A stretch of DNA of 64,000 nucleotides, taken from NCBI RefSeq assembly GCF_000143415.4, contig NW_003314289.1:846035-910034 (forward strand), given 5' to 3'. Every line of letters starts with the position of its first letter. The first letter of the stretch is position 1. Under the pieces are notes generated by a model. The model was not told the DNA's origin. It was given only the letters and a program-made list of their open reading frames with translations, and made no database searches. The translations under genes were made by a program, and so were the position numbers. Shown in pieces: positions 13,579 to 26,670 of the stretch. The stretch comes from Selaginella moellendorffii. Its lineage: Eukaryota > Plantae > Lycopodiophyta.

Positions 13579-13647
13579 AGGTGGGCTTCGGAGTTTGATA
13601 TTGAAAAGAGAAAAATCAAAGCCTTTTTCTTGAGCAATTATCGGTAC
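13579..13647 (+). repeat. Local direct duplication of the last ~70 bp of LHT copy 1 (13346-13415)
   Basis: AGGTGGGCTTCGGAGTTTGATATT(A/G)AAAAGAGAAAAATCAAAGCCTTTTTCTTGAGCAAT..TCGGTAC occurs twice. Confidence 0.9.
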
Positions 13648-13681
13648 CTTCCAGAGGAAACGAAGGGAAGATCACCCAAAA

Positions 13682-14088
13682 GTCAGTTGTTGGCACGTTC
13701 AAGGATGGCAACTGTCATTTCTTTGCAAGTTTTCTTTTATTTGGGTGTAGCGATCTGATTCTCGTTGCTCTTATTTGTAATGAAAGATCCCTTCTTCAGC
13801 GTTAATGTTGACTATGAGTTATGAAAGTTTTACTTATTTAGTGTCTATAAAAGTGGTAAGGACTTGCAAAAAAAAGTATTAAAGTCTCAGTTGTTGCCAT
13901 GTTCAAAGATGTTTCTTTTCCAGTTTTGAGCGGGTTTATAGAAACTAAATAAGTAAAACTTTCATAACTCATGCAGAAGGGATCTTTCATTACAAATAAG
14001 AGCAACGAGAATCAGATCGCTAGACCCAAAAAAAAAGAAAACTTGCAAAGAAATGACAGTTGCCATCCTTGAACGTGCCAACACCGAC
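13682..14088. repeat. Long inverted repeat (foldback), arms about 13682-13851 and 13935-14088
   Basis: TGTTGGCACGTTCAAGGATGGCAACTGTCATTTCTTTGCAAG...GAAAGATCCCTTCT and ATGAGTTATGAAAGTTTTACTTATTTAG recur as near-exact reverse complements, with a loop of about 83 nt. Confidence 0.92.
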
Positions 14089-14204
14089 AGCGACACATGA
14101 ACGAGGACTGGAACTCTCACTGCTCACACGACTCATGAACTAGTTCCATGAGATCCATGTCTCAAAATCCTCCATCCCTTTATGTAGCTAGCTAGCTCTT
14201 GACA

Positions 14205-16002
14205 ATGGCTGGAATAAAGGTAGGTTCTAGAGATTCATCTCCTTCTTTCTAAATCCTCGCAAAAATCTCCCAGAAATCCCTCCTCAAGAGATGGCGCTCG
14301 TGGATCTTGCTCAACAATTCCTGGACAAGCCGGTGGTGGTATTCCGCGGTTCACATCACCACAGTGACGGTGGGAACCGGAGTTTTGGGCTTGCCGACAG
14401 TCATGGCCTTCTTCGGATGGTAATTGTGATGCTCCACTCTCTCCAGAACCGCGTGATCGACTCACAGGATCCAGGGAACTCGGCACCATCCTGATTGTGG
14501 GCTTCATGATCCTGAGCCAGATGTGCTACTGGCAGCTGATTGGATTGCACGAGACCCAAGAGGGCCGCCGCTTCGATCGATACCCTGAGCTGGGACAGCA
14601 CCTCCTGGGCGACTCTCTCGGATTCTGGCTCATCGCTCCACTCCAGGCCATCGCCCAAGTGGGAATCGACACAGTCTACGTCGTCGCGGGAGCGAATTCC
14701 CTCCAGCACATCTACTCGCTCTTCCACGAATGCAATGCTTTGGATTGCGGTGCCATGAAGTTGACTTACTGGATGCTCGTCTTCATGGCCGTCCAGCTCT
14801 TGCTCTCGCAGCTCCCACACTTACAATCAATCACTTGGGTGTCATTCATAGCAGCTGTCACAGCCATTGGGTAAGAAACGAAGAAAAAAAGCTACTCTCT
14901 TTCACCTTCATCCTCTTCCAGGTACTGTACACTAACTTGGGTTTCCATTCTAATTAACCCTCCACCTTCACCTTCACCGTCACCACCTTCACCTTCATCG
15001 TCTTCCGCGTGTTTCGCGAATGTCGAGCATGGCTACCCGCAAGGATCCAAAGCTCACATAACTTTCGGGATCTTCACCTCTCTCGGTAAGCTGGCATTTG
15101 CGATGGCGGCCGCGCACAATGTGGCTCTCGAGCTCCAGGCGACGATTCCAAGCACTCGCAATCGCCCCTCGAAACGAGCAATGTGGAGAGGGACGCTGAT
15201 CGCGTATATCGTGGTCGCGTTTTGCTACTTGCCGGTGGCGCTGGTGGGATACCGGTTCTACGGCAACGAGACTCGCGATACTTGCCCGGGGATCGACAAT
15301 GTCCTGCTCAGGCTCAAGAGTCCCAAACCGATGATTGTTCTCGCGGATTTGATGGTTTTCATTCACTTGTGCGGTAGCTACCAGGTAAGCTTTCCATTTT
15401 CTCCAGAGGTTTTCTTCGTTCGAGCTCTTGGATGTGTCACAGGTGCTAGCGATGCCGATTTTCAGCAACTTTGAAACATTTTTTGAGAGGAAGTACGAGG
15501 TTGAGCTGAGCTTCATGCTGCGAACGATGGCCAGATATAGTTATGTTGGTAAGACTTTGGTGATGATGAATCTCTTCGATGATTTTTTTTACCTTTGAGC
15601 GCAGTTCTGACGTTGATGCTGGCCGCAGCGTTTCCTTTCTTTGGTGATCTTGAAGCCTTCTTTGGAGGTTTTGCTATCATTCCAACGACTTACGTGGTAA
15701 GTGCCTGCTTGATTCATCCAGAACTTAAGACTAGATGTTTACCTTTGTTTTTTCTTAGATACCTTCTGTTCTCTGGCATTTGAGTAGGAAGCCCGAGCCA
15801 TTGAGTCCGCCATGGATAGCAAACCTGGTAAATGAAATTAAAGACGAAAGAAAAACTGTTTTAAAACTCTCTAGCTACTGACTCACATTGCATTTGTTTT
15901 TAGTTGTGTATTTCCTTTGGAATAGCGGTGATGGCTACTTCGACGATAGGTGGCCTTCGTAACTTGATAATGAAACGGCGAGAGCTGGAATTCTTTCAAT
16001 AA
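14205..16002 (+). CDS. LHT-like amino acid permease, tandem copy 2
   Basis: RWWYSAVHITTVTVGTGVLGLP, RFDRYPELGQH, AAHNVALELQATIPST, FPFFGDLEAFFGGFA. Ends ELEFFQ*. Confidence 0.88.
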
Positions 16003-16441
16003 GTTGGGAGTCATTTACTCTCCATCCCTGTTAAACACAGCATCAGAGTGGAAACAGAAAAGAAAAATTCAAATGTTACTGCTAGACTACGTTCCAAGGA
16101 AAAGTACGGTTGAGACAAAGTCGAGATCGATTCCATCGCCACCGGCCCCCAGATGAAGCCTCTGCTCGTGAATAAAAAAACAGTTTCCCAGTGAGGCTCA
16201 TCTCTGTGGGACAGATGGAAGAAACCGTACCTTAGAAAGCGTTTTCTTCCTACGGTAGACGAGTCTTTGATGGAGAATCTTGTTGTGGAGAGTAAAAAAA
16301 GAAGGCCTGAGGAGTAATCGCCGCTCCCAGGGCAGCCCCGAGTTGTGGCCTGCATATATAAGCGAGAAGCCTCGACGAGGAAGTGAACGAGTACCTTCCC
16401 ATTCTTGAGTAGTTTTTTTTTTTTTTTTTTTGTCAGGCAAG

Positions 16442-19400
16442 ATGGTAGTCCTGGCGCAAGCCGACGAGAAGCGCCATACTTCTGCGTATGCCGTTCCATT
16501 CTTGGATCTCTTCAAGTACGCGGATGCATTCGATTTTCTTCTCATCGCCGCAGGCAGCCTGGGAGCCATTGCCAATGGACTCGCCATCCCTGCAATGATT
16601 CTCACACGGGGTCATATCATCGACAGCTTTGGAAGGCCACAGCTGCAAGCTTCGCAAATCAAAGACCAGATATTTGCGGTACCTTTTACTGTTCTTGCTC
16701 TGTCTTTTGACGATGTTCTTCTTGCTCTTGCTTTGTTTCTTTTGCTGATGTTGTTCTTGCTCCAGAACGCTCAAGTCTTCGTGTATATCGCACTGGGGGC
16801 ATGGATCGCGTCGTACCTAGGTAAAAAACGTTCTTATGTAGCTGATATTGAATCACGGGTGCGCTGGTTTCAGAGTTGAGTTGCTGGATGAGAGCTGGAG
16901 AGCGCCAAGCCAAAAGGATCCGGACGGCTTACCTCAGATCCGTCCTACGGCAGAATGTAGCTTATTTTGACACGAATGTCACCACCGGTGACGTCGTCAA
17001 CAGCATCTCCACTGACGCCTTTCTCGTCCAGGAAGCGATTAGTGAGAAGGTGCTGATGAACACAAAAGCGAAAGCAAAACTAACCTCTTCGGCTTGTCTC
17101 TGTAGACGGGGAGCTTTATCCGAAATGCGACTCAGTTCCTCGGCTGCTACTTAGTTGGCTTCACCCAGGCGTGGAGGCTTTCACTCGTAGTGCTGCCTTT
17201 TACTCCGTTGCTTATCATGCCTGGGATGCTCTACGGGAAAGCGGTAACACGATTTGAAGTGCGAAAGAAATCCGCTTACAGCAAAGCAGGCAGCTTGGTG
17301 GAGCAAACAGTAGCTTCGATTCGAACAGTGTTCTCCTTCGTTGCAGAAGACAAGATTCTCAAAAGTTACTCTCAATTGCTGGAAGCGACAGTTCACCTGG
17401 GAGTGAAGCAGGGATATGCGAAAGGCTTGGCACTGGGATCCGGAGGAATAGCATTCGCAATATGGTCCTTTATGACATGGTATGGAAGTGTTCTCGTCAT
17501 GCGCCGGCAGGCTAACGGTGCTGAGATTATTACAACCGGCCTTGCTCTGCTCAACGGTGCAAGGTAAACATTAGAAAGAGAAAAAGTAATTTAAACTTGT
17601 ACTCACTTCACTTGAGAGAATGGTCAGGTCGTTGGGATTTGCTGCTGCGAACATAAGAACATTCTCGGAAGGGCGGGTTGCAGCTCACAAAATATATGAA
17701 ACAATTGCACGAGTCCCACCAATTGACGTTGACGATGACAATGGCGAACAGCTCACAAACGTTGCCGGAAAACTGGACTTCAGAAATGTTCTGCACAGCT
17801 ATCCAGCCAGGCCTGGGGTGCAAGTCCTACAAGAATTGAACTTAAGCATACCACCAGGTGAGAAAATCTTCGCTTACTTGTTATGACACCCCTTGCAGGA
17901 AAAACGATTGCACTGGTTGGTGGCAGTGGATCCGGTAAGTCGACGGTAATAGCACTGCTGGAGCGCTTCTACGATCCTCTGCAAGGACAGGTTCTTTTAG
18001 ACGGGTACGACATCAGGTCCTTGCAGTTGAAATGGTATCGTAAGCAAATTGGACTTGTGAGCCAAGAGCCTGCTTTGTTTGCTACTTCCATCAAGGAAAA
18101 TATCTTATACGGAAAGGAAGATGCTGATTTCGACGAAATCCTTGAGGCATCTAATGCAGCCAACGCACACAGTTTTATAATGCAATTTCCAAATGCTTAC
18201 GACACACAGGTACATTGGTACAAATCAAAGGACTTCCTTGGCTAACATTCGGCTTTAAAAAATATGCAAGGTCGGTGAGCGTGGAGCAAAGCTCTCTGGA
18301 GGACAGAAGCAAAGAATTGCTATTGCGAGAGCACTAGTAAAAAAACCACCTATATTACTCCTAGATGAAGCAACAAGTGCATTGGATACGGAATCAGAAG
18401 CAACAGTTCAAGCAGCACTGGACAAAGCAAGCCTGGGACGTACCACAGTGATTGTCGCTCACAGGTTGTCTACGATTCAGACTGCCGATTTGATTGCTGT
18501 CCTGCATTCCGGAAAAGTCATCGAGTTAGGAACACACGACGAACTGGTCTCGAAAGGCAAAGAGGGAGCCTACTCAGCACTCCTTTACTTACAAGGCAAA
18601 CCTGGAATTGATACCACGACACCAGAGTCACCTCCAAGTCCCAAAGTATCTAGCCAACAAGCCATTCCAGAGCAGCTGAAACAAAATGACGGAGGATCAG
18701 ATAACTCACCAAAATCAACTTTGTGGGATCTATTGATATCTCTTACCCGAGGCAAGCGGACAGACGGAGCACTGGGGTTGGTTGGAGGTGTGGGTTTCGG
18801 ATTTGTCCAGCCTTCATATTCACTCCTTATCGGCTCCATGTTGACAGTCTACTACACGAAAAACCGAGAGGAACTAAAGGAGGCAGTATCTTTGTGCAGC
18901 ATGCTGTTTGCGGCTATCGCAGCAGCGGCCTTCACCGTTAATCTCCTGCAACATTACTGTCTTGCAGTAGTCGGTGAACATCTTACAAAGCAAGTGAGGG
19001 TCAAAATGCTTACGTCGATATTAAGTTTCGAAGTTGGATGGTTTGATAAGGACGAGAACAGCAGCGGCATGATCTGCTCCCGCCTGGCAACAGATGCAAA
19101 CATGGTTGGTTTTGTCCTTTCAGATGTTTTTTTCTGATTATTTTACTTACAGATTCGGAGTCTCGTCACTGATCGAGTGTCGTTGCTTGTTCAAACGGCC
19201 AGTGCAGTGGCGGTGAGCTTTATCATAGTACTTTTTGTCAACTGGAGAATGGGCCTGCTTGTCATCGGTATACAGCCCCTCCTTGTCTTCTGCTACTACG
19301 TAAAACTGGTGTTTTTGAAAGGCTTCGCCAAGAAAGCTGCCAAAGCACAAAATGAGGCTACTCAGATTGCAACAGAGGCGGTGTCTCAACACAGAACTGT

Positions 19401-20572
19401 GGCAGCTCTATCTGCACAAGACAAAGTCGTGAGCTCTATGAAGACGATGCTTGATGCAACAACAAAAGACGCAAAGAAACAGTCCCACATTGCTGGCTTT
19501 GGCCTTGGAGTCGCAAACTTCGTCCTCTATGCGTCTTGGGCCCTTCAGTTCTGGTATGGAGGGGTGCTACTTACCCAGGGAAAGGCAACCTTGCAGGACG
19601 TTTTCAAGGTGTTCTTCGTGTTCTTGAGCACTGGCCGGGTCTTGGCCGAGGCTCTCAGCTTAGCACCGGACTTGGCCAAAGGATCTGCAGTCATCGAGTC
19701 AGTGCTTAGCATTCTAAACAGGAAGACAGAGATCAACGCGGACGACAAGAATTCTGCGAAAGTTGGCAGAATCGAAGGAGAGGTGGAACTTTGCAATGTG
19801 GACTTTGCATACCCATCGAGACCGGAGATGATGGTTTTCAAGAGCTTCAACTTGCGAGTAGAGGCGGGGAAATCTGTGGCGCTAGTCGGCCAAAGCGGAT
19901 CCGGAAAATCGACAATCATAGGACTCATACAGCGATTCTACGATCCCTTGCAAGGCATGGTGATGATCGATGGAAGGGATATAAGAACACTTCACCTGAG
20001 GTCACTGAGAAGGCAGCTTGCGCTCGTCGGCCAGGAGCCCGTCCTCTTGGCAGCCAGCATCCGCGACAACATCGCCTTTGGCCAAGAATCCTGCAGCGAG
20101 CAAGAGATTATCGAGGCATCAAGCATCGCCAATGCCCACACATTCATAAGGTGAGAATAGACAGATAGAAGAGCGATCGATCGAAATATGTGACTTATAT
20201 TGGGACCTTTCCAGCGCCTTGCCCGATGCCTACAACACGGCCGTTGGAGAGCGTGGCGCGCAGCTCTCGGGAGGGCAGCGGCAGCGAATCGCCATAGCCA
20301 GGGCGATCCTCCGGAACCCCGCAATATTGCTCCTGGACGAGGCCACCAGCGCCCTAGACGCAGAATCCGAGCGCCTCGTCCAGGACGCGCTGAGCAAGAC
20401 GATCATCGGCCGGACGACAGTGACAATCGCGCACAGGCTCTCCACGATCAAGAGCTGTGACAGCATCGCGGTGATCCAATCGGGGCGCGTCATGGAGATG
20501 GGATCTCACGAGGAGCTTCTCGCCAGAGGAGAACAGGGCGCCTACTCGTCCCTCCTAAGAATGCAGCTTTAA
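16442..20572 (+). CDS. Full-size ABCB (MDR/P-glycoprotein) transporter
   Basis: [19 protein letters not shown], two NBDs ([18 protein letters not shown]; [16 protein letters not shown]; [11 protein letters not shown]) and two TMDs. Confidence 0.95.
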
Positions 20573-20991
20573 AATTCATATCATGCTATTTGTTTATAAT
20601 GTTAGTATATATTCATGTTAGATTTTAGGGTTCTTGAGAAAGATAGTTCCGAATTCATCGAGCGTCTGAAGCCGTACTTTCCGGCCTGCAAATTTGTCAT
20701 CCTCGACCTCTTCAAAAGGGATTTGTTTGTCCAATATCCCTCCCCTGCAAAATGAAACAATCCACTCGCCGCAAACGATTGCGCTTACCATTCTTCCTGA
20801 TACATTGCTCTCTATGCAGAAACCTGAAAGAAAGAACACACTAGCTTGTTAAATGTATCTTAAACACTAGAAATGAAGTTATATTAGAAAAATAATTTCA
20901 GTCCCGGGGTAACCTTTTATATCAGATGTGCGTTTATAAACCAACCCTAATCGTCCTCTGTTTTTTAGGGTTCTTCAGTGGCTAGGGCTTT

Positions 20992-23900
20992 ATGGTGCAC
21001 AATGCGTTTGACGACGTGTGCGTGGTGAGGGATTGCCCCTCGAGGATCGAGAGCGCCATTGTCACGGAGTCCAGCACCAGAGGTGAATTCCTCCATGTCG
21101 GCTGCATCGACGGGAGCCTGCGCATCTATTCGCTCCCGGACTCGTCACAAGACGAGGAGGATCTCGGCGCGGAGCGCAGCAGGAGCTGTGTGCTGCGGCG
21201 GACGATCGTGGGGTTCGCCAAGAAGGCGGTGTCGCAGATGGATCTGGTGAAATCGCGGGGCGGGATGCTCATCACTCTCGCCGAGGCAGTGGCCGTCCAT
21301 TCGCTGCCAGGTTTCGAGCCTGTAGCGTTTCTTGCAAAGACGAAAGGGGCCAATCTCTTCTGCTGGGACGAGCGAAGAGGATTGCTGTGCGTTGCCAGGC
21401 ACAAGAAGCTTCTCATTTACAGGCACGATGGTAAAGCTCTCTCTCAAAATCTTTGCTTTGGAGTTCCTAGATAACTTTTTGATCTTGTTCTTCTTCTTTG
21501 CCTTTGCAGGAAGCAGGGATTTCACGGAAGTTAAAGAGATCTCCATTCCAGATGTCGTGAAGTCCATGGTCTGGTGTGGCGATTGTGTTTGTCTTGGTGT
21601 GAAGCGCGAGTATGTTTTTGTAAATGCGGCAACTGGAGCGTCCACGGATATCTTTCCTTGCGGTCGAAGTGCCCCGCCGCTCGTCGTTTCCTTGCCTCGT
21701 GGCGAGCTTCTACTTGGCAAGGTACTGGTTTTTGTGCATTTGTTTACTATCAGCTCCACTGATCCACATTCATGTCAACTTGATCAGGACAATATTGGAG
21801 TATTCGTAGATCAATCGGGGAAAGTAACCCCGCAAACTGCTTTAAGCTGGTCGGAATCGCCCTCAGCTGTGATGGTTCATCCACCATATATCCTTGCTCG
21901 GCTTTCAAGATTTATAGAGGTATGTCTGTATGGTTTAAGAGCTTCAATTCCTGACGTCAGAATTGGCCCAGGTAAGAACGCTGAGGGAGCCTTACAGTGT
22001 CGTGCAAATGATAGCGCACAAAGACAAGCAGCTGCTACAGTCGAGTAGTTTCGGTTTGCTGGCCGCGTCCGAGAACTCTGTCTACAAGCTTGTCCCTGTC
22101 GCCATTGGTGTCCAGGTTTGTTTCTTACTGTCTTTTACGTTCGTTCCGCTTACGTTACACTCTGGACTAGGTAGTGCAATTAGCGGCATCAGGCAACTTT
22201 GAAGATGCATTGGCGCTTTGCAAGCTAATGCCTCCCGAGGATGCATCTCTGCGAGCTTCGAAAGAAGATGCCATACACAAAAGGTAGGTGTTGAAAAAGC
22301 TTTGTCCAGCCTGACGAGTGTTTATGGGCAGGTATGGCCAGTTTCTTTTCAGTCGCGGACAATATGTTGAAGCGTTGCAGCACTTCGCACTATCATCCAT
22401 GAGTCTGCCGTCAATCATCGCGTTGTTCCCTTCAGTGAAGCTGCCGGAGTTTTGCGTATTTGACGAGTTCAAAGACATGGAGAACTCGGGGGAGCTAGAG
22501 GTGGATGAAAATAATAGCAACTCCGTCTCAACATCTATCTCTCTGGCGGCTTTGGCGACCTTCTTGATGAATAAACGAGGGGATGTCATTGCTAACGCCG
22601 AGGCGAAAGATACGGACGAGGCACTGGCAGCTTTGTCTGAAACGGGTCACAAGGTACTCAATCTGATTATTTCTGACGCGCTATTTCTAAGCTGCAGCTT
22701 CTTACACAGCATAATGTTTCCACGAGACTGGAGCCAGACGATCCACGGAAGAGTGCTGCCGTCTTGGATACAGCACTTATCCAAGCGTTGTTGCTTACAA
22801 ACCAGTCTCCAGTTGCAATTCAACTTCTTCGAGGCTCAAACTACTGCGACGTAGATGCGTGCCGAGAAATGATGCTTGCTGGAGGCTTTTACAAGGAGCT
22901 CCTAGAACTGTATCAGTTCAACAAAATGCATAAAGAGGCTCTACAACTACTGGCTCGTTTGGTCGAGAACCCAGAGTCCTTTCCAGTTCCACCTCCAAAG
23001 GATGCGTACGGCCCAGAGGCTCTTGTGGATTACTTGCAGGTAAGCTTTTATCCTATTTCTCTATGTCTTATCAAGTATGGTTATCTTGTTTCGCAGCCTC
23101 TCGGGGGACAGGATCAGACACTTATCATGGAATTGTCAACACTAATTTTAAAGCTGAGTCCGGACCAGGCCATGAAGCTGTTTACGTCTACAAATCCTCC
23201 CCTACCTCCAAAGTATGTGCTGTTGAAGCTGAAGGCACACGCTCCTGATCTGCAGATTGTTTACCTTGAGGAAATGGTGAAGCACAATCCAGATTCTTTA
23301 TCAGCAGAGTTTCAGAACGAGCTTGTAAGTTTGGTTTTTGGTTTTCCTTATAGATCTTTGCTAAACTCTATTACACAGATACTACTGTATTTGTCCAATG
23401 TCCTCGAAGGAAAGCCAGACGACTCAAAATCTAAATTATTGACCGCTCTAGAAACTTTCACCGCTTATAATGCTCGAGACATATTTCCCCGTTTTCCGGG
23501 GGAGGGTTTTTACGAAGAAAAGGCAGTACTTCTGGGACGAATGGAGTACCACAAACTTACGCTTTCTATATATGTGCACAAGGTGAGGTATTCGTTTTTT
23601 ATGCTTTGATCTCTCGATCATAATATTATCTTTTGCAGCTTCATAATCAAGAAAAGGCGCTAGCGTATTGTGATCGTGTCTTTGATCGTGTCGTTGAAAC
23701 AGCATCACAGACAATATTGAATGCACCCGTCGATCACAAGGCAGCGGAATTGTACTCAAAGCTGCTGGAGATGTACCTTCGGCCCAAAAAGTCCCTCAAA
23801 GAACTTAAGCTAGCCCTTGCTAGTCTTGGTGGTCTCAAATACGATATATCAAGAGCTGATGGAGCTGATGGAGCTGATGGAGCTGGCCTAGTACACAGGC

Positions 23901-24523
23901 ACAAACACAAGGGACACGTTCGACACAAAGTCACTCAGATTGAAGACGCACTGAGTTTTACGAATGGCAACGAAAGTGCTACCGAAAGCAATAAGAGCGA
24001 CACTGAAGAAAGTGTCGACGGGAGGACGGAGGATGGAATTATGCTGGAAGAAGCCATTCATCTACTGAGCAGCAGATGGGATCGCTTTCACGGCACCGAA
24101 GTCCTATCGATGCTACCGTCCGATGCCAAGCTAAAGGTCCGTGATGTTTGTTTACACCTTTTTTAAAAACTCTTATTCTGATTTCATTGCTGTTGTAAGG
24201 ATCTTCTTTCGTTTTTGGAACCACTGTTGCGGAGATCCACTGAAAGAAGCCGGAATGCAGCGGTCATCGGGCGAGTGGAGTATAGCGATCACATAGAAGT
24301 ACGTCTTTGTAAAGCCAAGCTATCTTTGTATTCTTTCTAATTCGCGTGCTTCCAGGTCCGTCATGAGCTGCTTCAATGTAGAGCACGGCGATTCAGACTC
24401 ACGAACGAGACATTGTGCTCGATTTGTCGCAAAAAGATTGGACCCAGCGTTTTTGCAGTGTATCCTGGCGGTGCTTTCGCACATTTTGTTTGTTACTCTC
24501 AACACAGAGCTTCTGGAGCGTGA
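20992..24523 (+). CDS. VPS39: Vacuolar sorting protein 39 (Vam6/Vps39, HOPS subunit)
   Basis: MVHNAFD start, CNH domain (KTKGANLFCWD, PDVVKSMVWCG, PRGELLLGKDNIGVFVD), DTALIQALL..NYCD, and the C-terminal Vps39_2 motif CSICRKKIGPSVFAVYPGG..HFVC. Confidence 0.93.
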
Positions 24524-24949
24524 AGTTCTTGTTGGTATTGTATCTCTTGTATAATGGATTGAGGTTTGTAAATAGCTCATGTTGAGTTGATCATGGTGGA
24601 GTATCTCTTGTGTAAGCTTTCTGCTTGCTTTTACTGACGAATTTTTTCTTTGTTTTTAGGAAAAAGAGACAGTATGTGAAATTCGTAGTCCCTAAATGGT
24701 TTGATATAGGTGGAAGTTTCAAAGGTACCGTGGCCATGGACAGCAGCGAGAAATAAACATGGGAGTTTTCGAGATCTTTCGCATGACACTCTTGCTCTCG
24801 ACCTGAATGAAATTACAAAACGACAGTGCATTATAGCTAGACAACATGAAGGCTCTCTTCCTGGTCGAAAAAAACGAATTTAATTGCCCAACTTTTTCAG
24901 TGCTTGTGAAACGTCATAATCATCTCAAACGTCTTAACTACACTGCACC

Positions 24950-25585
24950 AGTGATGGGGGTATACCATCACTTCGGATATTACATTTAACAACCTTTACA
25001 TAGAAAATTCTCTTGGTTTTACATTGCATACAGCCCATTCCAAGACAATGCCACAAACCATGCAAGTGTATCTGGAACATCCATGGCTTGCCCCCATGTC
25101 TCAGGAATAATTGCATCATAATGGAGTCCACAGATAGTAACCACAGATACAACCATAAGATTTTCTTTATTTTATCTTCTAGATTCCAGTGATAACCTGG
25201 GGGAGCCTATAAAGGATGGTTACCCTTCAACTTTGGTGGCGGGCACAGATCAATGCAAATGCCCGCAACTCACCCTGTCCTTGTTTACGATGCCAACGAA
25301 ACCGAATTCACGGGCTTCCTGGCGCAATCCACGGAAGAAACTGGTTGTGCAATAGAGGAGAATATAGCGTCCAGCGATCTCAATTCCTCCATTGCAATCT
25401 CCTCGCTGAGGAAAACGAGAAATAACGTGGAAGACAATGCCACAACCTACATGGCGAGCGTGGAACATCCAAACGGTGTCTTGGTGCCTGTGTATCCCCC
25501 GGAATAGACCAAATCGTTTAAATTCAACTTGAAAGTGAGGAAAGGTTTTGGATCTCTCACTTGGAACAATGGTAACAAAGTGTGA
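24950..25585 (+). pseudogene. Subtilisin-like serine protease (S8) pseudogene fragment
   Basis: SGTSMACPHVSGIIA at 25071-25115, PFNFGGGH, DLNSSIAISSL..NVEDNATTYMASVEHPNGVLVPVYP and FGSLTW. Internal stops and deletions, N-terminal part missing. Confidence 0.85.
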
Positions 25586-25949
25586 CTAATCATCTTTTTC
25601 TTGACATCGCCTGGTGTCAAGGTTGATGAACCAAGCATGGAAAATGGTAACACACATTTTCCTGACTGACATACCATTGTGGTTATCCTTCAGTTGTATC
25701 AGTTTGCCAATCACTAGCAACATCCATGGCACGGAGCTTTTGTGGCCGAGTTCCAGGCCTGCCACGTTGCGGTGATCTTTGCTGCTCGAGCTGATCATGG
25801 GATCGCATCAATCTCTCGCGCCTGCCCCTCGGTGTACTTCTCAAGCCTTAATCCATCGGCAGCACGTATATGGAAATGGACTAAGTTGAGGGGAACCTCT
25901 TCAAATTTCCCAGCAGGCTGAGCAGAAAAGAGCCGGTTCTTAGCTTAGT

Positions 25950-26670
25950 GGACTTGGCCACTCTATGTAGGTGCTCTTTGCAAATCATGAAACTCCATCA
26001 GCAATCCTCCCTCATGGTTGGTGCTTTTTACGACACCAAGCATTATACTAACCACAGTAGATTTTAATTCTTTTTGTCTTGGGTTAGAAGTAAGTGCTCA
26101 CAAAAAGCACCAATGATCGTGGAATGGCCCTGGTGCCAAAACAGTGGCTATCGGCAAGGAATGTTTGCGTGTCATTACTGCCTCCTTCCATGGCCAGCAC
26201 TGCCATGCCTGGGATCCATTACAGGCGAAGTACACTGGGAAGTTTGCATTACCTTCGAAAGCTGTAGTAGTTGCTTCTGCAAGTGGCCTCGTATGCATCC
26301 ATAGGGGCCTCAACTCCTCTGTGATTCACCTGATGGTGAGCAATCCAGTGACCCAAGAGTGGAGCCAACTACCACCGCTCCATCTGGAAGAAGGTCGAGT
26401 ATGTGATCGACTTTAACATGCTGTTGAAGTCGGCCTGCTTTAAAGTTGGCTTGCTCGGTCTCGGAGTGATGACTATTTCTATGACCTTAGTATCCGGGAT
26501 TGTATGACCTTAGTGATCACCGGGGAAGTAGTGCGTACAAAGGGCATGGGAGACAATGTCGAACAAGGTGGAAAGATCCTATGCCAGGCTACAACGAGCT
26601 CTGCGTAGTCGATGGCTATGGCGTGTGGAAAGTTGATGACAAAGGTGGCTTGGTTACAGTCTCGTCCTGC
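25950..26670 (+). pseudogene. Deleted/frameshifted duplicate of the F-box gene at 27278-28444
   Basis: Shares blocks GACTTGGCCAC, GGGATCCATTACAGGCGAA, CAATCCAGT.ACCCAAGAGTGGAGC, TATGACCTTAGTATCC and GATGGCTATGGCGTGTGGAA.GTTGATGACAA with the intact gene, separated by deletions. Confidence 0.88.

Noticed and set aside
23854-23886. (GCTGATGGA)3 repeat in VPS39
   Set aside because: Simple in-frame slippage in a variable linker.
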